A stretch of DNA of 64,000 bases, taken from contig CM060732.1 in the NCBI GenBank assembly GCA_030704615.1, positions 60,264,001-60,328,000 on the forward strand, written 5' to 3'. Source of the stretch: Takakia lepidozioides. Its lineage: Eukaryota; Plantae; Bryophyta. A program made the translations under genes and the position numbers. Below, one piece after another: positions 1 through 11,526 of the stretch. Position 1 is the stretch's first letter; each line of letters opens with the position of its first letter. The notes under the pieces were generated by a model. It saw nothing but the letters and a program-made list of their open reading frames with translations. It searched no databases and was not told the DNA's origin.

Positions 1-437
1 CTATTCTCAGTATGTAATTTAAAGCTCGCAAATGCGGAAATGCCACACACTTCAGTTTAAATACTTTTTAGTTACATGAGTGTCATGGACAATCTACTTC
101 ATACTCAATAACAAGGGCTGCCAATCAAGTGATCTTTTGAAGCAGAAAGCAACAAACTAGCCAATGCAAAAACCACATGATTTCATAATTTTCTTCCTTT
201 GAAGCAATCAATCCACTGCACTTCCGCATTCCATTTTTTTAGCACTCAATGTCCTGAGAAAAAAGTGATCTCATCTTGATGAGAAATGAGATCATCTGAT
301 GTGAGCAATAGCAATGATACACACAGAACATACATCCAACATACAGAGTATCTAGATACAGAATAGGTTAGAAAGTTCAAAAATGGTTTACATGTCACCA
401 GAAAAGATAATGTTGTCTTAAGAGAGGAGAAATTTAC

Positions 438-1789
438 CCGGCCCCCTCTCAGCCTAACTCCTGCCGCCCGCCCAGCTTCCACAACAATGGAGTCCACATG
501 AGACCCCAGAGCAAGGCGTCCTCCAAATTTTTGCAAACCCTGCACAAGGGCCTGAACTATGGCCCCTGTGCCACCACGTGGGTACTCTAGCACACAGCCC
601 GGCTTATACCACTCTCCAAACATATACACCTGATAGAGCCATATCGTCAAATGCTCAATTGATACCTCATGTGCAAATGGACAAGTAGTTCTAATGATTC
701 TTCCATAAGGTTTCACACATATAATGTTCAAAGCACAGGAGAGACTAGAGTCAGAAGTCATAGCCACTGATCCACAAGAAAAAATTGATACTTTATAACG
801 TCCGCGGAAAGCTCGAAGACCTTATGGAACAAGAGAAACAAGGCCCTCCACAAGTAGCCCAAAAACAACTGTTGCTCAAGGGATTGTCTAAGAATCAACA
901 CCTCATGCAGACATGCTGCTAAGCATTTCTGATCCTCATAATGGAAATCCTCTGTGAGAGATTTAAGCACATCTCCCACGGATATAGTAGAAAGGACAGT
1001 GAAAGAGGAAATGATCTTCACTTTCAATATCCCTCCTGTTGTCCCCAGTGCAAGTGGGGCACTGGTGGTCCTCACGCTGCAGGTTGTCCCACCTACCAGT
1101 CTCTATCCGCAGACTGTGGGAGCCCACTTAAACCTCCCCAATGCCCTTAGAAGAGAGGGAGATAGAGCTGCAGACAGGTAATTGGCCACAATTCTATCGC
1201 CACAGAGGACCAAGAGTAGAACTGCAGTTTTGTTGTAGATTGGCTGGTTTCCAGGTTCACCTGATGTGAAGTTCCATAAGCTCCTGTCTGATGCATCTGT
1301 TGCTGGCCTGCTTGGACGAAATTTCCACCCCCTCCATATTTTGTGGCAGTGGGGAAGCAACGGAGTGTCCATGGCACTCAAAGAAGTTGGCAACCTATTA
1401 AACCAGCGTTTTTGAGTCTGATACAGGTTGCCAGGGCCTGGGCTGGTAGCATTTTGGGTGGTAGGGTTTGCAACCTTGTTAGAAAGAATGTACTCATGAG
1501 ACATTGTTTGCCATAGCCTTGTGGCCATTGACTGTGCGCCCAGTTTGAGCGGAACACTCAGGGACAGATACTACCTTTGTCAGGGGGCTGACGCCAGCAG
1601 TATGACTTACCTTGAAACAGACAATTGATCCGAGTTTTCCAGATATCCTCTAGAAATCCCTTCACACAACCATCAATCTGCTGTGTGTGATTTGCCCAAT
1701 AAGGCCTGGGCTTTTGGCTCAGCCACGAGATTTGCGAAGTTGGTAAACAGAGGTACAAGAACAATTCCCTTGATGGAATTGAACATGGC

Positions 1790-1820
<31 letters not shown>

Positions 1821-4800
1821 TTGTACTCATAAGACGTTGTTTGCCGTAGCCTTGTGGCCATTGACCCCGCGCCCAGTTTGAGCAGGAACAAAAGGGACAG
1901 AACCTACCTCTGTCAGGGGCTGACGTTGGTAGTGTGACTTACCATCATATATAGAATTAATCCGGGTTTTCCAGATATCCTCTAGAAATCCCTTCACACA
2001 AGCATCAATCTGCTGTGTGTGATTTGCCCAAAAACTAGGCCTCAGGAGGGCCTGGGCTTTTGGCTCAGCCTCGAGACTTTCAAAGTTGTTAAACAGGGGT
2101 ACAGGCACAATTCCCTTGATAGAATTGAAGAGAGCGTCTCTTTGGTGAGAGAACCCCGGACAGTGTATCAGAAAGTGAATACTGTCTTCAGATTGCCCAC
2201 ACAGCGGGCAATTGCACTCTCCCTTTCCTCTCTGCTTCTGTTTGCTGTTCAAAGGTAGGCTTCCTGCCCTGAGTTTAAATTTCAGTCTAGTGCCGAGAGT
2301 GGGTAGACCCTTAAGGTCATCCAAGATGTCCTCCCCCATGTCACTGACTGGAAACAAGTTCAGGGAAGTTTTCTGCCTAACTTCATTAAAGAGAGAGAGA
2401 TTGTACTCATAAGACGTTGTTTGCCGTAGCCTTGTGGCCATTGACCCCGCGCCCAGTTTGAGCAGGAACAAAAGGGACAGAACCTACCTCTGTCAGGGGC
2501 TGACGTTGGTAGTAAGACTTACCTCCATATAAAGAATTAATCCGGGTTTTCCAGATATCCTCTAGAAATCCCTTCACACAAGCATCAATCTGCTGTGTGT
2601 GATTTGCCCAAAAACTAGGCCTCAGGAGGGCCTGGGCTTTTGGCTCAGCCTCGAGACTTTCAAAGTTGGTAAACAGGGGTACAGGCACAATACCCTTAAT
2701 AGATTTGAAGAGAGCGTCTCTTTGGTGAGAGAACCCCGGACAGTGTATCAGAAAATGAATACTGTCGTCAGCTTGCCCACACAACGGGCAATTGCACTCT
2801 CCCTTTCCTCTCTGCTTCTGTTTGCTGTTCAAAGGTAGGCTTCCTGCCCTGAGTTTAAATTTCGCTGACATACACTCCTTAAGCACCCCCACTTGAATGG
2901 ATTCTAGAGACTTAGCCTGGTTGGAGTTATCAACCCATATAGCAGATCCGTACTCCAAGGCAGGTCTAATAACGCAACAAAGCATGATTTTCTTAACCTC
3001 AGAGTTGACCCCTCTGCAGTGGAAAAATTTAGTGAGCCCCAGAGCTTTGCCCTTGCCAGTTTGAACAACTTTCCGGATATGTGCATCCCAATTACAATTG
3101 GAGTAGAACTCAATGCCCAGGTAAGTGTAGGAAGGGAGGACCGGGATCTCTTGACTACCCCACTGCCACTTAAGATCACTTCCTCCCTCTCCTCTGTCGT
3201 TGAATGCTACCACTGCACATTTGCTGACATTAGCCTCTAGCCCCCAAAGATCAAAGTATCTCTTCGCGCAATCAATCAACTCCTGGAGATTGGTTGGAGT
3301 CTCCCCTATGCCTGCGAAGTCATCCGCAAACATAAGGGCTGGTATGGTGGTATCACCCACCCTTAACCCAAATCCCTCACTTTCCACATCCTCGAGGAGT
3401 TGATTGATGAAAACATTGAAGAGCAGAGGGGAGAGAGTACATCCTTGAGCTACACCTTGGTCTATGTCAAAGAAGTTGGACTTCTGTCCGTTAACAGTGA
3501 CACAGCTTTTGGTGTGAGCATACAGTTGTGGACAACCCTCCACATCTTTCCCTTGATCCCACAAGACCAGAGGCGGAACCATAGGCCATCTCTCCACACT
3601 GTGTCATAAGCCTTTTTGACATCCAGGAAAAAGACATAAGTGGGTTTCCCTTCTTTTTTCCTTCCCTGGATAATCTGGCTTAGAGTGAAGATATGATCCA
3701 CACAGCCCCTGTTTCGCCGAAAGCCAGCTTGGCCTTCGTGGAAACAACCTCTAGACTCCAGATCAACCTCGAGACGAGCACTTATAACTCTGCAGAATGT
3801 CTTGCCAACAGCATTGAGGAGCGTGATGCCACGGTAGTTCCCCGGTTCTTCTCTGTCACCCTTCTTGTATAGATTAACAATGATCCCCTGTCGCCAGCGA
3901 AAGGGGATCATTTCAGTCTTCCAGATAAGGTTAAAGAGGAGAACTAGGGCCTCTATCATGGGATCGCCACCGTGCTTGATAAGCTCGTTGACAATACCAT
4001 CAGGTCCACCAGCTTTATATCCATTTAAATGTTCAATTGCTTCCACAATCTCAGAAGAACTAATGGGAGCATTATAAGCCATTGAAATATACTCCAGTTC
4101 ATCAGGGCTGTTTTGAATCATAGGAACAGTTTTTCCAACTGTGTCCCTCCATTCAGCAGAAGACCCCTCACTGTTAGACCTAGAAGTTCTGCCAAGGATA
4201 CTGTAGTGAGTTTCAAAGGTTTTGACAATGTCAACCGATGAAGTCACCACTGCACCTTTAGTAGTCTTCAGCGCTTGTACTTGCTGACCGTTTTTGGGCT
4301 TGTACAAACGTTGAAGGGCCAACCAGAATTTCTTGTCATTACCACCATGGTGGTTTGAGTTTATTTCACTGTATGACTTGTCCCAGTATAATTTCTTCTG
4401 AGACCTAACAAGCTGATTGATATCTTTACGGAGCTGGTAGTACCTCGCCCACAATTCTCTGTTGGTTTCCAAATTGCAGCACTCTTTATAGAGGGCTCGT
4501 CTCTCAGCTATCTTGAGTTTAATCTCATTAGTCCACCAATTAACTGCTCTACCGCAGACAATTAGTTTCCTCCCAATGATCTTGTCAGCCACGGAGGAAA
4601 CGAAACTCTCCCAAGAGTCCACTGCTCTTTCGACTTCATTTCTTGCGTTAACAGAGCGTGACTGAAGTTCTTGGAGTGATTGGACAAAATGAGGGAGAGC
4701 CTCTTGCAAGGCCTGGACGTACTCAGCCTTGACCTCCTCATTGTGGAATTTTTCTATGCGCCACTTCTGAATCAAACGTTTCACAGATCTCTTGGTGGTG

Positions 4801-6857
4801 GGAAAACACCTTTTGATCTCAGTCCAAACCAGGAAGTGGTCAGAGGTACCAATATCAGTTCTGTCGATCAACACATTGGCACACTGGGGGAACAAAATTT
4901 TGTCCATTATGATATAGTCCACAATGGAACGTTCCCCAGTTTGGGATTTCTCACGAGTCCACTGCACTTGGTCACCTCTTGTCCTGTTATTCAAGGTCAA
5001 AAGCTGAAGCTCTTCTAGACAGTTAATTAACCGTCTGCCATTAGAATTCAGCTCGTCCTCACCAAAAGGTCCAATGATATCGTCCTGATGGATCCCTTTG
5101 CCCACCCGGGCATTGAAGTCCCCCAATAGTACCACCTGACCTTTGGCAAGGAACAAAGCACAGTCCAGCTTTACATCTTCGAAGGCCTTGTCTGCGTCAG
5201 CACTAAGGGTCCCCTCTGTGGGCATGTAAACATAACCAACAAAGAGGTCCTTTGTACTCATGCCGCCCTTCAAATTCAGTTTTAGCCAGATACTATGCTC
5301 GTACCTCAAGCCCTTGTTGATAATTTCACAATTGTCAAACAAAAAATCACGGACAAAGAATCTGACCCCTTTTTGACCGCGTTTGGCAGAGGCTGCCTTG
5401 AGAGTACACATCTTACCTGCCCATTTATAACCAATGACATCTCCAACCAGTTTATCCGATGTTTCCCATGTTTCTTGCCCAGCACAGATATGAATATCAT
5501 TAGTCCGAAGAACTTGTCCCACTTCAAGTTGTTTCCTTTGGTTGGTCAACCCTGAGAAGTTGAAAGTGGCCAGCCGCAAGCCAGCCCTTTGCGTGTGAAT
5601 TGTTTGTCGTCTAGGTAGCTTGTGATTGCTCCTGGACGGCCAACCGTTCTGCAAAGGGGGGACAGTTACCCCATGTGTAGATTTTGCTCGTCTTGTGTAA
5701 ACTTTGAGAATTGGTAAACCATTCAGGGTACCAAATCTTTCAGTTACACGACGCACAGGCTCCGCACACATAGGGGCAGATTGTCCGTCAGACTGCTTGG
5801 GGACAATTACCCCGTGTATAGATTTTGCTCGTCTTGTGTAGACTTTGAGGATTGGTAAACCATTTAGAGTACCAAATCCTTCAGTTACACGACGTTCAGG
5901 CTCTGCACACTTGGGGACAGATTGTCCATCTGACGGCTTGGGGACAATTACCCCGTGTATAGAATTTGTTCGTCTTGTGTAAACCTTGAGGATTGGTAAA
6001 CCATTCAGAGTACCAAATCCTTCAGATTCAGGACGTTCAGGTTCCATACACTTAGGGGCATCTTGTCCTTCTGGCTGTTTGGATTCAACCTCATCCAGAG
6101 CATCAAACCGATTAGAAACTCAAGTTGAAGTTGTTGCCCTTGGTTGTCTTCCTAGAGCGCCCCATTGAATCACCAATGTCTAAGACCGCTCTCCAGCCAG
6201 TCAAGGGACGAACTTCTTTGAGATTGAATTGATGCGGGACTCTATTAGAAGCACTTTTGGTCATTGCAACCTTCAACGTACCCCTGTTATCAAGTCTCGA
6301 GATGGTACCATTAGCCATGAAATCCAAGCCTAAGCTAGAGCATGTAGTTTTAAAGGACACATCGTCCATCCTGGGATTCACCCCAAAAACTACACATGAA
6401 GCCCTAGATTTGGCATAAGTAACCAATTCCCAGGGATCACCCTGAGGAGTGTTGATGTTGATAGGAGCTAAATTTTTGATTGTTTTCGCAGGCCATAAGT
6501 TTAAGCACAGGAACCAACCCGAGCCCAAGTGTCGAGTATGCTAGACAGAGCATACGACTGCCCAATTTGGGCGGAGGGGCTGCCCCCAAGCGGTAGGAGT
6601 CCGCTTGTTACCATTCAGAGATCACACTCCAGGGAGTTGCAGGGAATGGCCCGTGTAGGCATATTCTAAAGAGGGAAAGGCCCCAAGCTTTCCAACTAAA
6701 TCCAATGCACTACCTTACCTGAAGCAAAGCGCTTCAGGTCGAAACAAACAAGAACACGAGGTCACAAGGCCGGCATTTAGTCACAGAGACATTAATGTAC
6801 TCCCGTTTCAAGTCCACCCAATGTCAATAGGCTTCCTAGAGGACAGGGAGAACCGTG

Positions 6858-6890
<33 letters not shown>

Positions 6891-9594
6891 CCACATATGG
6901 CAATCTTAGAAAACTCACCACTTCAGCAGCAAGTGTGCCATCTGCCTTCAAACCTGAAAGCAGAAATGATAACAAGTCCACCCAATTACGGACAAAGGGA
7001 TCATGGATACCGAGCGAATCAACGAGCTCCGAGAATGGACCTAGCAGCTTTCCGGCCCTGAAAGCTCCCTGTGGCCCCATCTGAACAAAAGTCTTGAATA
7101 GTGCTGGCCCGTACCGTGCCAGTGCTGTCACTAGTATACCCCAGTCTGTCCGGATTGCAGCGGGGGGCAAAGCCATCGCTGCTGCTGAGAGAGGAAGGAC
7201 TGCCTCCTGAAGGATAAGCAACCGCAGACTTGTGATGTAATGAATACCAAGATTCGCTGCAATGTCTAACCCTTAAGCCTTAAATTTTGCAACACTGAAT
7301 CGAGTAACATGGAAAGTACCCTCACAATCTGTCAAAAGGAGTCCTTAGAATGGCTGCTTGTTGCAAGTTATGAAATCCATGGCTTACTTGTAGCTTGCGC
7401 CAATCCGCCACTGCATTCGGACCAGCAATTTGCTCAAGGTCCTGCAAATTTTCACAAGCATATATCTACCTCGGATTAGGTGCTATTGGTTGAAGAGCCT
7501 TCCATCTCAGAACCACACACACTCTATGCTGCTGGGAGGCGGGTCTGAAGATCTGACATTAGCGTAAAACATTACTGTACCTTATAAAAGTCGGTGGGAC
7601 CGATGCGTGACAGAAAACTGCCCTCGGGAACATGAACCATCCATGAATCGTATTTCAAACAATCCACTGTCTCTCCCAATGCATCAAGAACCTGCCAACC
7701 TCCGTTGCTGATAATTAATGCAAGAGAGCTTACCCTAGGCTGAGTAAACGAGTACTAAGATCTTTAATTGCTAGAATATATCAGGAAAGCTGCCATCAAG
7801 GATCATATCTCTAGCCAACGGACTCAACAGCTGATTGCACGCCAGTGGTCACCAGACCTATTCAGGCCTCCCTGATAACCTTGTGTAGAATAATGACTGC
7901 ATTTCAATAGAAACGATGTAAACAAAAGTAGTTGCTATTACCTGTGCCAAGGGGTTGGCCTGAGGCCCATGCGAAGAGAGACCCGAGAAAAGAGATGGTC
8001 CGGAATCAAAGTGATAGCCTTGAATGTCAAAAGAATGTGCAGCCCCTCCTGGAAGATCATGGCTCTCTAATACAAGCACATCCTGGCCATAGCGTGCCAG
8101 CAACCCTCCACAGGAGAGGCCCCCCACACCACTGCCTATTATCACAATGCCAGCCTCGTCCTTGTCTGCAATGATTCGATCAGTTGTAATTAAGCCTTAT
8201 CCAGAAGAAGACTGGAAGGTAATAGGCAGAATTAACATTACCTGGAAATGTTGTCTATACTGTCCCCTGCAGGATACTTACCCACCCCAAGTCACTCAGG
8301 GGGGGTTTCCTGACCAAGGAGCCTAATCACACTGCTGAGGATCTAGTTACAGTGACTGCTAATTAAAAATACACGTGAATATGAGCAGGTGTTCATTGTA
8401 GAAGCATGATGCTAATATTGGCACTGTTACTGTAGCCCTCTCCACCCTACAATGTGAACAAGTGGCTGTGGAATAGTCCCTCCATCCTGCTTTATTCCTT
8501 TCTTTTCCCTACAACTAGCTGGCATTTCTTTTAAGGATGTCCTACTTAGAGGAGGGCTAGAGGATACTGCTCCCTCGAGTACTAGCATGAGCATTCTTAA
8601 GGCTGTTGTCTTAGACACTGGAGGTAGAGACATTTTATAATACAAGCTTTCAATGACGTGATGTGTTCAGAACAGAGTTCCATACCACAAGTTTATCACG
8701 GTTCCTCTTCCTTCCTGGTCATAGTTTTCATTCATGAACGACGCAAAGATTGCACAGAGGAGTCGCAACTGTCCGAAGGGGAAGAGAGGTCCGTCGACTA
8801 ATAGAGTCACTGTTGCTCATGAGATTCCCCCCTTTCCTTTCCTTTACTTCCCTCCAAAAGTTGATTTCGATAGAAATTGAAGATTGAATTCCACTCTGCA
8901 ACGGACTGACCATTTTAGATCCAAAAATCGTGACCTGACACAGAAGCGTGCGAAGTGGCTCCTTCTCAATACCACATGCAATCAACCAGGGCGACAGTTA
9001 TGGCTGATAGCACCTGAAGAGTCTACCAAGTCCTCCCTCAGACAAATCTAGAAGTCATTGTGTGAAAAATGCATCAATTATCGTCCGCTGCTCTAATTTT
9101 GAGCATACACTTCAGTTCAGCGAAGTGATCTTCACTATGAAATTGATTGCAGCTTCAAAAAAATTCAAATATCATTCCACAGCTTCGTATTGAAAGCTTT
9201 TAATTATGCCTTTGACAGGCTAAGATGTTCTTTTGCATTTACTGGAAATATGCCTGCCTCAGAGGTGAAACATGTGGTTGAATTGGCTCGAGTGCTCCAT
9301 CAACTAGGCCATGCTCTTTTCATTTCTTAATTTACATCATCAAATTATGCGTCTACCTTGAATTCCTGTGCCGGTGCCATTTGTGGTAGTCTTTGACGCC
9401 CTCTCTTGCACAGCACTATTCCTCACGCCACTGGTTCTGTGTGCGTTAATTATCGAAGGAAGCTCCCGTTTATGGCGTCCGCCGAAATGCTGTCTTCCAG
9501 GTCTTACAGCACCTCGAAATTTTTCTCTTAAATTAGCAAGGGGCCTCGGTGAGAACGACGCGGGACCAGCAAGCGAACAAAGCAGGAGCGCCAT
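438..9594 (-). CDS. Carotenoid isomerase-like (CRTISO-like / phytoene dehydrogenase family) FAD-dependent oxidoreductase with probable plastid transit peptide; 3' part runs off the window start
   Basis: GT-AG exons at about 9594-9357, 8165-7942 (IIGSGVGGL GxGxxG FAD motif, GGAAHSF, FDSGPSLF), 7691-7581, 7441-7388, 7207-6919 and 629-438 (YPRGGTGAIVQAL). Intron 630-6918 holds LINEs. Confidence 0.88.
1488..1789 (-). mobile_element. Third, shorter and more diverged 3' fragment of the same LINE family
   Basis: Matches the 3' end (FNSIKGIV...WANHTQQID...GHKA) with many substitutions and small deletions. Confidence 0.85.
1821..2390 (-). mobile_element. 5'-truncated second copy of the same LINE, followed by a (TC)n tail (1790-1820)
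   Basis: Near-identical to 2401-2862 (KFKLRAGSLP...GHKATANNVL). Confidence 0.92.
2401..6857 (-). mobile_element. Near full-length non-LTR retrotransposon (LINE, RTE/RTEX-like), APE endonuclease + RT + C-terminal CCHC; frameshifted and internally deleted
   Basis: ORF 3462-6047 has APE motifs (TFNFSGL, GQETW, LGDFNARVG, VDYII, SDHFLV) and RT motifs (GPDGI, NYRGITLLN, QAGFR, LDVKKAYDTV). A frameshift near 3520 leads into ORF 2407-3597 (QGCTLSPLLF, FADD, CPLC..HFLIHC). The upstream ORF 6112-6528 joins via a frameshift near an SNRFDAL motif. Bracketed by (TC)n at 6858-6885 and 2391-2400. Confidence 0.93.
5665..6047 (-). repeat. Three tandem 141-bp (47-aa) repeats at the N-terminus of the LINE endonuclease-RT ORF
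   Basis: TTGGTAAAC recurs at 5711, 5852 and 5993; peptide FGTLNGLPILKVYTRR occurs three times. Confidence 0.95.
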
Positions 9595-9933
9595 AGCTTA
9601 GCGAGTACGACAACACACAGACATGAAAAAAAGAAAAACCGGAAACGAAGAACGGTTTACTAGTAACGAAAAAACAGCCTTGCGTTCCCCATAACTGAAG
9701 TCTGAAAAAGAAACGCTTCAAGATTTGTGTAATCTTAGATTTTACGTACTAGAGAACGCGCCCCCTAGGGCGCATTCTGCCTCCTAGTGAGTCTATTCTG
9801 ACTGCAGAATCAGCACTCCCCTAAAAACAGCCATATTCTGCAATTTAACAAGCCTTAAACTACGCAGAAAAGGCCACCCCAAACCTTCACGACTCGAGAG
9901 AACGTAAGAGAGATGAAACAGAAATCTGACCAA

Positions 9934-10150
9934 CAGTCAGTAGCTCAGTTGGTTAAGTGCACTGAGTGCCACCCAGACGATTCTGGGGTCAAATCTTGCT
10001 ACTGACGGGTGTGGTATGGTTCCTGGGCGGTATCCCATTCCTTCGCCTCATGGCGGGTTACTGTGAAAGAGGTTATTTTCTCCTCTCACTATTAAGGGGC
10101 CTGATTTGTGAGCTGTCGCTCCCAGGTGTTTCCCTTTTTTCAAAAACAAA
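9934..10150 (+). mobile_element. tRNA-derived SINE (Pol III box A/box B head, T/A-rich tail)
   Basis: Box A TAGCTCAGTTGG at 9941-9952, box B-like GGGTCAAATC at about 9986-9995, a non-tRNA body, a TTTTTTCAAAAACAAAA tail, and AAATCTGA on both flanks (possible TSD). Confidence 0.65.
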
Positions 10151-11526
10151 ATCTGAAAACAAAGAACACAGAATCTTAGTTAGTATCTCAAACAGGATAG
10201 GCCTAGACGATAACGAAAAAGCAGATCAAGAACGGATGGCACGCAGTAGCGTTGGATGCGCGAACAATGCGCACGTGCTGCATGCAGTTCCTCACACCCG
10301 CCAAAATCGAAACTAAAAGAAATCAACCATTATTATTAGCTAAATATTTATAAATTCTAAAATCTAGATTTTCTTTTCTTTCTTCGGTGTTTCCTTAGGA
10401 TAGATTTCCTTTTTCCCAACAAGAAGAAAGAATATCTGCCCCATTTTCCAAAAAACAAAACGAAAAGGAAAAAAAGAAAAAGAAAGAATAGAAGGGGATA
10501 AAATCAATCGGGATTAAAATAGGTGTTTTCCTTCCGAAAACAAATAAAAATATAAACCGGGATAAAATGGACAGGTTCCAACAGTCCGTAAAAGTGACTT
10601 TTCTTGGTCACACTAAACAAAGATCCATCCGACATGATAACCCGGACAGTTAGGTGACCAGTTGTTGTATTCTGGTTGGCTTGCATGTCACATCAAGGGG
10701 TACATGAATGGGATTTCTAATCAGAGCATCACATGTGGATGAGTCGTTTTCTACGGTAATTTTATATACATACTCTCCACACTTGCATGTCGATTCCATG
10801 GACTGTCCCTCAAGTGCCAGCTCAGTCAATGGCTCATGCATATCTCCTGAACGTAACCACTCCATCTCCAACTATAATAATTCAACTGGATGATATTTTC
10901 CCGTCTCGAATATTGTTTACTCGTGAAAAGAGAGCACAAAGGATCGAGCGAAAATGAGTGATATGATATCTGGGGTGTGGATGTCATCATCAGCTTCGCT
11001 GGTGACAACTAGAGCTTCCCGTTGCTCCTGCATTATCTTCATACTTATCCACCGTAGTTTATTTTTTATCCTCAACATCTATCCACTTACTCTCGTTTAG
11101 TATATCCATTTTTATGTTAAGCTTTTTATTTTCCCCAGCTGGCCCCTTGTTTTAGTGGGTAAAAAAGTAAAGAGCAGACCCGGAGAGGCTGCGGATAAAA
11201 GGACTCCCTGTCCACTAGCGTTCTCCATGTGACGTTCTCTCTTTCCTTCACACTTGTTTCTATATCGTTGGTGACCACAAACTCTGCGCTGCTACATCCG
11301 CACCAATCGACGACCTGCTTCCATCTCCTCTGTTCCCCCTATATAGTCGTTCTGCGTCCCCGGACTCTCGTGCTTTCATTTTTCAAAGTAACCTGCTCCC
11401 AACCTGCTTGGGGCTTCTCGAAGTGCTTTGAAGTGAGAGCGCCAGTACTGTTGAGTAAGAAGCAGATTTCTGTGTTGAACAAGCGAGAACAAGCAAGAGG
11501 CAAAGCAAACAAGCTAACTTACGATC

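Noticed and set aside
758-1480. Old LINE-like remnant or independent ORFs in the intron
   Set aside because: Only vague peptide similarity and no diagnostic motif.
8241-8267. Micro-exon (TTFP) in the CRTISO-like gene
   Set aside because: There is a good donor, but I found no acceptor that keeps phase without a stop. Exon 1 can splice directly to 8165. RNA data are needed.
8430-9050. LINE 3'-end remnant in intron 1
   Set aside because: Only a hint of a degenerate zinc knuckle, which is too weak to call.
9934-10007. Functional tRNA-Gly(GCC) gene
   Set aside because: Anticodon and T stems pair poorly, box B is degenerate, and it runs into a body and tail. A SINE explains it better.
10555-11210. 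hAT/MITE remnant with GGATAAAA/TTTATCC motifs and a BED-like peptide
   Set aside because: No TIR or TSD could be defined, and the zinc ligands are incomplete.
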